Made by a program: the position numbers and the translations under genes
Shown: one piece after another, positions 1 through 11,692 of the stretch
Layout of the letters: each line of letters begins with the position of its first letter
Position numbering within the stretch: position 1 is the stretch's first letter
Origin: Vicugna vicugna
Taxonomy: Eukaryota
Length of the DNA: 64,000 nucleotides
Reading direction: 5' to 3'
Assembly: GCA_013265495.1 (NCBI GenBank)
Contig: MU058658.1
Span: forward strand, 124,001-188,000
The notes under the pieces: model-generated
Database searches by the model: none
Seen by the model: only the letters and a program-made list of their open reading frames with translations
Told to the model about the DNA's origin: nothing

Positions 1-222
1 CTGTGACACATTTTTCTGCAACATGTGGAACAAAACACCTGGAGGTTTCTTCCCTTGTTAAAAAATAGAATCAGAAGCTTCTATGTGACTTTGGTCCAGT
101 CAGGCGAAATAGCTTAGTAATTGAAAAACAACAACAACAAAAGAGAATTGGCTTCCATGTGACCTCGGCCCACACCCTCCTGGTTGGGCCCCTGGACTGC
201 GGCCCCTCCGCGTTTCTGCTTC

Positions 223-290
223 CTACGTCCACGGCTCCTCGCCGCGTTCCAACCGCACCATCACGTCCGGTGTGACGGCTTCCTCGCCGC
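223..290 (-). pseudogene. ZIM3: ZIM3 KRAB-B exon with premature stop
   Basis: PDVMVRLERGEEPW motif followed by ACG TAG; weak acceptor (cgacgag). Confidence 0.75.
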
Positions 291-762
291 CTCGTCGCGG
301 AAGGTACAGCGCTTGATGTTGGCGCCTGTGAGCGTTGTGTGTGGCGTTTGTTGTGAGTGTGGGGTGTTGCACGTCAACCTTTGGTGGAGGGTCGGTTGGG
401 AAAGGCACATCTTCTAGGCGTGTCCAAGGGCAGTCAACCCAAAGATGGAAAGAAATGCTTTCTTTCTTTCCCCCCAGAGGGATGAAGCTTTTCCAAACAT
501 GAGGGCCAGGACCAAGGCGGAGGGAGAGGCACTCACAGATAGGAAGGAAGCCCCCCATCCTCAGGGTCCTTACACAACCGGAAACCTAGGGCGCCTTCAA
601 TTTAGCACATGTGCATCTCGCATGCCTCCAGTCCCAGTCCTGCCATGGACATACCCAAAGCAAAAAGCACCCAACAGCCAAAGCTGGTGAGCCTGGCAGG
701 GTGAGTGTCACGGTGTTTGGGCCTCAGGTTTATGAGTTGTCCTGCCGGGAAGCCGTGCTCAC

Positions 763-886
763 CCACAGAGATCAGGTTGCTATAGTTCTCCCAGATCACG
801 TCCCTGTACAGGTGCCCCTGTTCGGGGCTCAGCTGCTGCCATTCCTGGGTGAAGTCCACCGTGATGTCCTCAGAGGTCACTCTTCC
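763..886 (-). pseudogene. ZIM3: ZIM3 KRAB-A exon (124 nt, one codon shorter than the usual 127)
   Basis: AG/GT flanks; KRAB-A motif with divergent core residues (TSED, VIWEN). Confidence 0.85.
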
Positions 887-1274
887 CTGTAATGACAGGC
901 TCCTAATCAGCAGAGAGCTGACCCTGAGGCCTGGGATACAGAAATGTCTTTATACTGAACCAACGTTGAATTGCACATGTTACTCTCTGGGTGCTGTAGT
1001 CTGGTAGAAAATAAACAGTACCTGAAATATCTTGCCAGTGAGTCATAAGCCTCGGTGTTACTCATGCCTCTGCCATCTTTCTCTATCTTCCTGCAATCTG
1101 CTATCCAGTCCCATCAATTTTGCTTCCTAAATCTCTCTCAGACCTATCCTGTCGTTTCCATCTCCCCCACCGTTGTTCCATGCTTCCATCTTTGACTTAG
1201 AATAAGGCATTTGCATCCCACCTCTTCCAGCCGCGGCTAAGCTGACCCCTCCCGGAGCCCCCTGCGCTGCGGGT

Positions 1275-1962
1275 GGCATTGCAGTCTGGTGCAGCCACTG
1301 TGGAAAGCATTATGGAGAGTCCTCAAAAGACTATTTTAGACTTACCATATGATCCAGCAATTCCACTTCTGGACATCTGTCCAGAGAAAACTCTAACTTG
1401 AAAAGATACATGCACCACAGTGTTGATGGCAGCACCATTTACAACAGTCAAGATGTGGAAGCAACCTACATGTCCATTGACAAATCACTGGATAAAGAAG
1501 TTGCGGTGTATTTATACCATGGGACACTACTGAGTCATAAAAAAGAAATACAATAATGCCATTTGCAGCAGCATGGATGGACCTGGAGATTGTCATACTA
1601 AGTGAAATAAGCCAAAAAGAGAAGGAAAAATGCCATATGATATCACTTATATGTGAAATCTAGAAAGAAAAAATGACACGAATGAATTTATTTACAAAGC
1701 AGACTAACAGACACCGAAGACAAACTTATGGTTACCAAAAGGGAAAGGAGGAGGGGAAGGATAAACTAAGAGTTTGGGATTAGCAGATACAAACTGCCAT
1801 ATATAAAATAAACAACCAGGGATAGCAGAGGGAACTATATTCAATACCTTGTAATGGCCTACAGTGAAAAAGGAGTATATATACATGTATAACTGAATCA
1901 CTATGCTGTACACCAGAGGTTCACACAACATTGCAAATCAACTGTACTTCAATAAATAAATT
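1275..1962 (+). mobile_element. LINE-1 3' fragment
   Basis: L1 ORF2 end / 3'UTR motifs (ccatatgatccagcaattccactt, atgccatttgcagcagcatggatggacct); A-rich tail. Confidence 0.9.
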
Positions 1963-2289
1963 AACTGACCCCTTCGAATCTATTTTTCACAGCGTGGAGA
2001 CTGGACAGCGGCAATCCCCCCCACCCCAAATTTAGTGGCTTTCCTTGCTTTGGAGAAATAGAACCCCTCATTCACATGGATCCCAGCGTCTGACACCATC
2101 TGATGGATTCCCACCCAATGTCTGGGTCACTCCATGCACCCCTCAGTGTCTCTGCTCCAGCCACAGTGGGCTTGTATCAGCATTTTACTGTCAGAGCTCT
2201 GGAAATCACACTTGTAAAACCAGATTTTTGCTAGCAACAAAAAATCTTTTTGCGTCTAAGAGTTTGTATGTGTCCTCTAAATTTTTAAA

Positions 2290-2415
2290 ATTTATTTTAT
2301 TTTTAATTTTGGGGGGTAATTAGGTATGTATGTATGTATGTATTTTAATGGAGGTAGTGGGGATTGAACCCAGGACTTCTAAGCATGCTTTCTAGCACTG
2401 AGCTAAACCCACCCC
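2290..2415 (-). mobile_element. tRNA-derived SINE
   Basis: Reverse complement of the SINE head (gggattgaacccaggac...cactgagcta). Confidence 0.85.
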
Positions 2416-2733
2416 TGGTAAGTAAATTTTTAAATAAAAAAATTTAAAAAGTAGATTGGGGTAATACATACACGGTACTGTTATGTCTGGAGTTTAGCAA
2501 CAGATCAGGTGTGTGAGGGTGGTGGTCAAGAGATGCTGTCATTTTACTTGAAATGCTTTAGTTTTGATAGGAAAGGAAAAAATCAGAGTGATACCTTTTA
2601 ATAAAGGTATGGAAGGAAGGAAGGTAGAAGGAAAATATGCCAAAATGTTAGCAGAGGTTAATCCTGAGCAATGGGAACACGGGTGACATGCTTGTTTGGG
2701 AGGATGATTTGGACTTTTTAAAAAAAATCTTAC

Positions 2734-2748
2734 CTGGACATTGTTCAT
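2734..2748 (-). pseudogene. ZIM3: ZIM3 start-codon exon (MNNVQ)
   Basis: ATG at 2748, CAG|gtaag donor at 2733; upstream acceptor ttttcctcag at 2791. Confidence 0.75.
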
Positions 2749-3024
2749 TTCCTGTTTGTTTTGAGCCAGGACAGTCTTGGGAAGGAAGATCTGAGGAAAA
2801 AGCACCACGAGTGAGCCCTCAGGCAAACTGTGGGCGCTGGCTGGTAATGACTGGTTAACGCTGATTACGAGGGAAGCCACACAGGGGTGGGACAATAAAA
2901 TTCTCTCAATTTTATTGTACACCTAAAACTGCTCTAAAAACTCTTAGAAAATCAAAAGACCGTCCTACTCCCAGACATTTTTGTAAAAATTCTTGAAAAA
3001 ATCTTGGGTCAAAAAGGCAGTTAA

Positions 3025-3172
3025 GGGGGAAGGTCTAGCTCAGTGGCAGAGCGGGTGCCTAGCATGCATGCACAAGGTCCGGGGTTCAGTCCCCAGTGCC
3101 TCTGCTAAAAATAAGTAAATAAAAACCTAATTATCTCCCCCATCAAAAACTTTTTTAAATAAATAAAATTTT
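3025..3172 (+). mobile_element. tRNA-derived SINE with TSD AAAAGGCAGTTAA
   Basis: A box TAGCTCAGTGG and B box GGTTCAGTCCC; direct repeat on both sides. Confidence 0.92.
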
Positions 3173-4314
3173 AAAAGGCAGTTAATTACCTAAATGAAGA
3201 ATCATTCTAAAGCAAAATGCACATGGTATTTTTTAAGTGTTCAAGTACTGTTTCTCTGGAAACTACTGAAGAAGCCAAGAAACAAAATGAGGTAGTAAAC
3301 CAAGATGGAGGGTTCCAGAAAACGGGATTCAACGTGGACGGCCAGGCAAGGGGAGGCCCTGGGACAAGCCCAGGCAGCAAGGAGTCCGCAGGGGCACGGA
3401 AGCCTCCAGGAATAAATATTGAGGAGAGAAGATGACTCTACCTGGAGACAGATATGATGTTAATGTGTCACATAAGAGATAAACTGAGAAAAAGAGAAAT
3501 GGAAGTTCACCTGCACCTTTGAAATGCGCCTGTGCCAAGACTATGAGGCAAACAAGGACGGCCTCAGCGAGAGCACAGAGAACAGAGCTGAGGGTGGCCA
3601 GGGGCCAGCGGTGCTGGGGATCTGAGGCTCCCGAAAGCATTTTGAACGTCCTGGGAGCACCACTCTCTAACATGAAAACTTAAAACTCCAAGGTACAAAT
3701 GAAAAAGACTTCCAAGAAGAAAAAAGAATAGCCTACCTCCAGTGGAATCTAGTGAAAAGTTTCCTGTTGGTTCCCACTGCCTCTGATCGCTTCTTGGGTG
3801 GATTGGCCATGAAAAGACATATGAACTGAAAAGCTAAGTTACCCATCAGAATAAATTTAACCAGCCCCTGCCCACCTCATCCCAATGTGTAATCCAGTTA
3901 GGAAACCATAGACAGCACTCATATCCCGTCAGAAGCAGTGAGGCCCACCTATGCTAATCCTGTCCGACCTCTTCAACAACAATTTCCATAAAACCTAATG
4001 AACTCCAAGAAAAATTACAGTTTTAGAAACATTTTTTTAATCTGGCCAACTTATTTCCAATGGAAATTTTTTAAATTACATGCAAGTGAAAATCTTTCAT
4101 CCTAAAGGAAATAATAAAAAATGTCAGTCTTTATCCAAATGACTGAAGTCCCAATGAAATAGATTAAAACTAAAAAACAAAGAAAAGTTTGTAAGAGGTT
4201 GTATTCTTTAATCTCCTCAACATTGGTTTTCAGTGTTTTTTAAAAAGTCAGAAAACTGAAATATTTTAAACTATCAGAAGCTTTGATGTAAAAATAAAAG
4301 TCAAAAATGCCATT

Positions 4315-5212
4315 GTATGCTGGGGAGGCTGTAGAGAAAAGGGAACCCTCCTACACTGCTGGTGGGAATGCAGTCTGGTGCAGCCACTGTGGAAAACAGT
4401 ATGGTAATTCCTCAAAAGACAAGGAATAGACTTACTATATGACCCAGGAATCCTGCTCCTGGCATATATGTGGCTAAAACTGTAACTTAAAAAGATACCT
4501 GCACCCCAATGTTCATAGCAGCACTATTTACAATAGCCAAGACATGGAAGCAACCTAAATGTCCATCAACAGATGACTGGATAAAGAACCTGTGATATAG
4601 TTATACAATGGAATACTACTCAGCCATAAAAAAGAACTTAAAAAAGAATAAAATAATGCCATTTGCAGGAACATGGATGGACCTAAAGGTGATCATACTA
4701 AGACAGAAAGGCAAATATATGATATGACTTATATGTGGAATATTAAAAAATGACACAATGAACATATTTACAAAACAGAAACAGACTCACAGACATAGAA
4801 AACAAACTTTTTTGTGAGGGAGGGTATAACTCAGTGGTAGAGCTCATGCTTAGCATGCATGAGGTCCTGGGTTCAGTCCCCAGTACCTCCATTATAAATA
4901 AATAAATAAATAAATTTAATTACCTCCCCCTCCCCCAAAAAATGTTAAAACAAGCAAACTTATGGTTCCCAGAGGGGAAAGAGGGGAGGTAGGGATAAAT
5001 TGGGAGTTTGGAATTGGCAGATACAAACTACTATATATAAAATAGATAAACAACAAGGTCCTACTGCATAGCACAGGGAACAATATTCAGTGGCTTTTGC
5101 AGTAACCTGTAATGAAAAAGAAAAATATATATATAATTGAATCACTATACTGTACACCAGAAACTAACCCAATATTGTAAATCAACTATATTTCAATAAA
5201 ATAAAATAAAAT
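4315..5212 (+). mobile_element. LINE-1 3' fragment with nested SINE (about 4815-4950)
   Basis: Same L1 3' motifs as 1275-1962; poly-A tail. Confidence 0.9.
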
Positions 5213-8019
5213 TTTAAAATACCATTTTATCTTCATAAGCTTCCTTTGCTTCTGGTTGCAAACTACTAGCAAAGTGAAAACGGTTTACTGGAATTGCTTC
5301 AGTCAGCCGACAACAGTGGTGTGAACTTGGGCTCACAGAGGAGGAAGTACCCTTCAGGCTTGGGGGGGTGGGGGGCGGGGGTGTGTTCTCCAACAGCAAG
5401 GGCTTCTCAGCTGTCCTGACACTTCAAAATCTCAACATGAGACCGACATGCCAGGGAGGCCCCACCCTCGTCTGGGTCTTGAATTTAAATACTTGTTACA
5501 TAACCTCTGCCTGGACATAGCGACTTTCCGGAACGGAATGTCGAACTGAGTCCTGAAAGATCACACCAGACTCTGTGTGGTAGCCTGCAAGGCACTTGAT
5601 CTCCTCCCAAACACATCTGGAAATGGATATTATTTAAATGACCTGACTAGAAAGGGGAGGGACGAATGGGGAAAACAGAAGATTTTTAACGCAGTTGTCA
5701 CAAACGTACTGCTCTGGTCGGGATGCGGATAATGGGGCAGGGTGTGCACGTGTCGGGGTGTATGGGGGAGCCATACCTTCCTCTCAATTTTGCTGTGAAC
5801 CTAAAACCTTTCTTAAAATAGTAGTCTTAAAGAAAAAAGGACGTCCCTGCACACACTCATAGACAGCCACGCTTCTGATTTTTGTCAACATGGCTTTGCT
5901 CTGCGTGTCCTTACACTTGGTGTGAATGGAGTTGTGCAGTACGTTCTCCATTACATCTGCCTGCTTTCGCTCAGCGTAAAGCTTTGTGAGGTCTATCCAT
6001 ATTGAAATATGTATTAGAAATGTGTTCTTTTAGCTACTAAGTCCTATACATATTGCATAAGTATAGCAAATCTGTTTATCCATTCTCCTCTTGACAATTG
6101 AGTTATTTCCAGTATTTGATTATTATATATAAAGCAAAATAAACATGCTTAAGCAAAAAAAAAAAAAGACCTGATTCTACCAGTCAGCCCCTATTGAGGG
6201 GAGAGGGAGTAAAATCAAAGAAAATCTTTCCATCATTCTCCCCCCCCCCCAACAGTGGTAAAGGCAAGAATTTGAGAAAGTTGCTTTAATCATCCTGCAA
6301 AACTGTTAGGACGTGGGATTGAAGTTAGTGTTAGCGGAGAGAATTTCTTAAGATGAATGGTTTTGTTACTGATCCAGGTCCTTAGATTCCTTAATAAAAA
6401 CTGATCAGAGGCCAAACAAGTTCAGGCAAGGCTTTACTGGGACACGTGCTGCAGCACCCAGTTGCAGAAACAAGTAACATGTTCCCTTGCTCGCTCTCCA
6501 AGGAGGGCGGGCTGGGTCCTTAGATGGTGTGAGGGTCGGGGTGGCTTTGGTTGTGAGCCCACTCTCCTGGCGGGGCTGCGTGCAGGGATTGTGCACAGTA
6601 CTCTGCTTTGCTCCCAGCACCTCAGTCATGGCAGTTGGCATGTGGTCTTTTTATATCTTACTGTTCACAATTTGCCCCAGCTGCCTGTGGTTGTAGTTAT
6701 TTTCAGTCCCTTAGCGTTTCTTTGTATCCAGTTGCCCCAGGAGATGTTTGTCCGGGTGTAAGTGCAAACACTGCAGTAGAGGGTCCCAGGTCCCAGCGTC
6801 TCAGTGTGAAAAATAAATGGTGTAGAGCCTGCAGGCATGTCCGCTTTGGAGTTTACAGTCTCACCATCTAATCTGACACCATCGCTGGTATCGCCATGTA
6901 GTAAGAGCAAGAATTTCAGACCCCTGCACGTGGTAAAGGAGGTGACAGAATTGGGCTGGTCCTTAGCACCTAAAGGCATCACACGTTGGTCCGCTGCCTG
7001 TGTAGAAATTCACTTGAAAATACCTTTGCTGACTCCATTCTATTCCCTAAAAATGACCATGAGTTTCAGACCGTAGGCGCTGTCCCCAAACTGCAGAACT
7101 GGACTCCAGTGACAAAAGCCATCTTTCTTAAACAAAAATCATTTGAAAAGTAATTATAACCTGACACTTTAGAAATATGATCTAGACATTTTCCCAAGTG
7201 TCCCCTTAGAGTATCACTCTACAGCTTTTGCCATATCGAAGCTTATGGACCTCAAGTTGGTGTTCCTCCAGCACCGATCCTCCTCGTAACTGAAGCCACA
7301 TTCTATACTCTGAAAATCTCCACAAGGCTGGCAGAAGCTGGGTAGTTAGTAGTCAAGCAAACCGCGCTCCTCCTCCACCTTGTCCCAGCTGTTGGACCAC
7401 CAGCAAGTGACCCCATCAGTCCGGACCTCAGTTACCTCATCTGTAATAACACGAGGCTGTGAGGCCTGGACGGTGTAATACATGTAAAGAACTCAGAAGA
7501 GTGCCCAGCACAGAGTGATTGTAGACGTGCATCATTATCTTTACCATAAGAGTTGCTGTCCCACAGGCGGGTTCAGGGGTCTCACAGCAAATGAGGGGGT
7601 TGGGACATTTCACATTCATCTTAACCCTGTCGCCTCCAAGACTGATGCTTATGCCCTGACTCACAGCCAACTGCCCCTCCATGAGCCTCCTAACTCTTCC
7701 TTGCACTGTTTATCCTCCAAATGGGTGCCCTTTTAAGCATAAAGCAGACGGTAAACTCTTCAGTGGCTCAACGTTTTCCCTTTCTGTTAGAATAGATCTC
7801 AAAGTCCTACAAAGGGCTGCCTCCCTCACCACCCTACCTTCACCTTACTTAGCATCACCTCTGTCACCAGCGTCACAGCAGTTTGTCTTCTGGTCCTCGG
7901 ATATTTTCTTTCCTACCTGTGGGTTCTTTCTAATATTCGTGTTTTCTTTTCAGTGCCTTAGTGTAATATTTTAAATTTCTTCATTTGGGCCCTGTATATT
8001 CCCTTTTTTTTAGATGTCT

Positions 8020-9318
8020 TTTTAAAAAAAATTCTTATTGAAGTATGGTTGATTTACAATGTTAGCTTCAGGTATACAGCAAAGTGATTTGGTTATACAC
8101 ATACATACATATATATTTTTCTTTTCAGATTCTTTTCCATTATGTCATTACAAGAAATTGAATATGGTTCCCTGTGCTATACAGTAAGTTCTTATTTTTA
8201 ATCTATTTTATGTATAGTAATGTGTGTCTGTTAACCCCCAACCCTTAATTTAGCCCTCCCCACCCTTTCTCCTTTGGTGACCATAGTTTGTTTTCTATGT
8301 CCATGCGTCTCTCTGCTTTTGGTTTGTAAATAGAATTTGTCTTTTTTTTAGATTCCATATATAAGTGATATCATATATTTGTCTTTCTCTGTCTTATTTT
8401 ACTTAGTATGACAATCTCCAGGTCCATCCACATTGTTGCAAATGGCATTATTTCATTTTTATGGCTGAGTAATATTCCATTGTATATTGTATATATACCA
8501 CATCCATTTTTTTATTATTATTATTGAAGCCTAGTCAGTTATAATGTGTCAATCTCTGGTGTGCAGCACAATGTCCCAGTCATGCATATACATACATATA
8601 TTCATTTTCATTAAAGGTTATTATAAGACATTGAATATAGTTCCCTGTGCTATATAGAAGAAATTTGTTTTTATCTATTTTTATATGTAGTAGTTAATAT
8701 TTGCAAATCTTGAGCTCCCAGATTCATCCCTTCCCTCCTCCTTTCCCCAGTAACCATGATTGTTTACTATGTCTGTGAGTCTGTTTCTCTTTTGTAAATG
8801 AGCTCATAGTGTCCTTTTTTTCCTTTCTTTGGATTCCACATATGTGTGATATCATATGGTATTTTTCTTTCTCTTTCTGGCTTACTTCACTTAGAATGAC
8901 GATCTCTAGGTCCATCCATGTTGCTGCAAATGGCATTGTTTTATTGGTTTATTCTTTTTTATGGCTGAGTAGTATTCCAGTGTGTGTGTGTGTATATATA
9001 TATATATCACCCCGTTTGTGTGTGTGAGTGTGTTTGAGTGCGTGTGTGTGTGTGTGTGTGGTGTGTGTGTGTATCCCACATCTTCTTTACCTGTTGATGG
9101 ACATTTGGGTTGTTTCCATGTCTTAGCTATTGTAAATAGTGCTGCTGTGAACATTGGGGTGCATGTATCTTTTCAAATTATTTTTTCCTCTGTATATATG
9201 CCCAGGAGTAGGATTGCTGGATCATAGGATAAGTCTATTTTCAGTTTTTTAAGGACCCTCCATACTGTCCTCCATAGTGGCTGCACCAATTTGCATTCCC
9301 ATCAACAGTGTAGGAAGG
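8020..9318 (-). mobile_element. Stacked LINE-1 3' ends, antisense
   Basis: Minus ORFs MPFAATWMDLEIVILSEVSQ and MFTAALFTIAKTWKQPKCPS are L1 ORF2 C-terminal motifs. Confidence 0.9.
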
Positions 9319-9518
9319 CCATGTATATTCTCTTAAAATTTATCCTTATAGTCCTGGTTCTGTTGTGATTAAGACACAGGTTTACATTATACCTTCTAAC
9401 CTATTAATGCCATCAAATAAATAGGTACCAGTGTTTGAGGTGCACATTCATTAAATTGGAAAGATGCTGTTCATGCAATGTTGAATGAAATGGTTCATAA
9501 AGTGCTTTCTAGATCCAC

Positions 9519-9830
9519 ATTGTCCAATAAGATAGCCCACTAGCCACATGTGGCTATATAAATTTAAACTAAAAATAAATTGAATTGGGGGAGGGTAATA
9601 GCTCAGTGGTAGAGTGCATGCTTAGCATGCACAAGGTCCTTGGTTCAATCCCCAGTACCTCCATTGAAAAGTTTTAAGAAAAATAAATACAATAAAAAAT
9701 TGAATTAAAAATCCAGTTTCTGGCACACTAGCCACATTTCTAGTGCCCAGTAGTCCACTGTGGCTTCTTATGGCTACTGTATTGGAAGCACCCCTATAGA
9801 ACACTTCCATCAGCACAATTTCTGTTGGAC
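9519..9830. mobile_element. hAT-Charlie MITE (MER33/MER3-like) with nested SINE
   Basis: Terminal inverted tgtccaa...ttggaca; ccactagccacatgtggcta. Confidence 0.7.
9587..9696 (+). mobile_element. tRNA-derived SINE
   Basis: A/B boxes; AAATTGAATT direct repeat. Confidence 0.9.
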
Positions 9831-10009
9831 ACTCATCATGATGTGATTCCTTGTTGTGTTGTGATTCCTACTCATCTTGTGTGAAACATACAGGACTTAG
9901 GCTATTGTAAGTAGTTGAGAATGGAGTCACAGTGGCCAATGTGAACTTCTGTTAATTGTTCTGAAACATCCTGTGTAGACTGTGAATGTCTTAGAGTGAT
10001 AAACTAAGT

Positions 10010-11340
10010 GTTACTTTAGGTAAGAAATTTGTTTGGCAATTTACAAGGAAAGACCACGGACACCAAAGGAGCAACCAACAGAGACACAATTCCCCTGGGG
10101 CATAACTGTTACACCCACTGCAGACTTCCTGGCAACCTGGGGATAAGATGGACTTATTCCAAAAGCGAACTCTCAATTGCAGATCAGGGGGCAAGAGCTT
10201 TTAAAGTGGAGCTTTGGGGGTGTGCAGGCAGAGGAAGGAGGCTACAGGCAGAACAGCACGATGGTCTCTGACAGTCTTCCTGAAATTGGTTGTGTGGTGG
10301 TCAGATCAGCGCCATCTTGATTGTTGTAAATAGTTAATCTTCACCTCCAGAGTATGTTCCAATTTCCTTGAAGATAGTTCTTGGAATTGTTTAAGATGAA
10401 GCAGCTTATTTCATGGCTAGTCTGGTCATCATGTAGTTAAGTTCTTCCAGCTGGTGAGGGCTCAATGCAGATGGCTCAGAATATTATCTATTAGTCTTTG
10501 AGGAGGAACTAAAGGACCTCAACTCTGTTTAATGACTAAATTACTATTTTGTCTAGTTTTCCTTTGTTTCTGAATTTTCTTATTTCTCTGATTACATCTA
10601 TTCTTTGAAGTTTTTCTACAAACAAGAGGAAGGCTGAGAATATTGGGGTGGGGGCACGTCTGTCCTGGGAAGGCCCCGTGGTGTCCTCCACCCGCCACAA
10701 TTCCTCCCACTTCAGCTGCCAACCTCAAGTACAGTTGTTAACCTGTATTTCTGACCAAATGGCTATAAATCAGAGGTTCCCAGAAACCCTTCTCTTTGGG
10801 TCTGATTAATTTGCTACAGCGGTTCACAGAATTCAGGAAACTCAAGTGATTACCGATTTACTACAAAGGCTATTAAAGGATATAAATCAATGGCCCGATG
10901 AAGAGATCCATCGGGGAGAGGTATGTGAGAAGGGGCTCAGAGCTTCCATCCCCTCTCCAAGTACACCGCTCTCCTCTCCTCCACGTGTTCACTGATCTGG
11001 AAGCTCTGAACCCCACCCTTTGGGGGTTTTTAATGGAGGTTTCAGTACCCAGGCATAATAGATTAAATCATTGGGCATTGATGATTGGCTCAACTTCCAG
11101 ACCCTCTCCCCTCCCTGGAGGGCGGTTCTGAATTTTCCAATCATCTAATCACATGGCTAGTTCTCCAGGCAACCATCTCCTACCTGTAGGTTTGGTCCAA
11201 AAATCACCTCATTAGCATGTAACAAGAGACACCTTTATGGCTCTCATCACAGGAAATTCCGACGGCTTTAGGAACTCTATACCAGAAATGAGGATGAAGA
11301 CTAAATAGATATTTATTATTAAAAAACCACAGTACTGCAC
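10010..11340. mobile_element. Nested LTR elements downstream of DUXA
   Basis: Motifs shared with other LTR-like blocks at 31940-32560, 38230-38740 and 45250-46110. Confidence 0.55.
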
Positions 11341-11398
11341 ATGCCTTGATTTTTGCTTGCATCAGTCATTATTCTGATGACCAAAAAATGATATTAAG

Positions 11399-11404
11399 TT
11401 TATT
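11399..11404 (-). terminator. Putative DUXA polyadenylation signal AATAAA
   Basis: TTTATT on plus, about 270 nt past the stop codon. Confidence 0.5.
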
Positions 11405-11675
11405 TTCATTGTGCTCAGGATCTGTTGAACTCTGAATCCAGGTTCAGCAGGAGAGCTCTGTGGTACTTTTATCTGTCTCTGACCCCTGAAGTCCTGTTTA
11501 CCACCTCCAGAAGGCTCAGCCTCCGGAGGAGCTGAACATACGTTTACAAGGGTGTTTCCAGGAAGAGCAGCAGCCTGGAGTCTGGGCTGATGACACCAAT
11601 TACACTTCACTTGTCTCTCTGTTCGCCTCATTCATTGGCTCCAGAGAAATAGTCACTAGTGAGTGACTATGTGAT

Positions 11676-11692
11676 CTATGTAGTTGCTGTGC
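11676..11692 (-). CDS. DUXA: DUXA terminal exon, coding part (GTATT*)
   Basis: Strong acceptor ttttctttccctctttag. The in-frame sequence downstream of the stop (TSDYFSGA) resembles the recalled human DUXA C-terminus. Confidence 0.75.

Larger units (their letters stand above)
223..2748 (-). pseudogene. ZIM3: ZIM3-like KRAB zinc-finger gene, 5' part (start exon, KRAB-A, KRAB-B); likely pseudogene
   Basis: Exons on minus: 2748-2734 ATG AAC AAT GTC CAG|gtaag (MNNVQ); 886-763 ag|[41 protein letters not shown]|gtgag; 290-223 GGEEAVTPDVMVRLERGEEPWT then TAG. Resembles recalled human ZIM3 (MNNSQGRVTFEDVTVNFTQGEWQ...) and lies next to DUXA as in human. In-frame TAG at 225-223. The zinc-finger exon is outside the window. 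Confidence 0.8.

Noticed and set aside
3025..3100. tRNA-like sequences (many copies)
   Set aside because: SINE heads with A-rich tails and TSDs, not tRNA genes.
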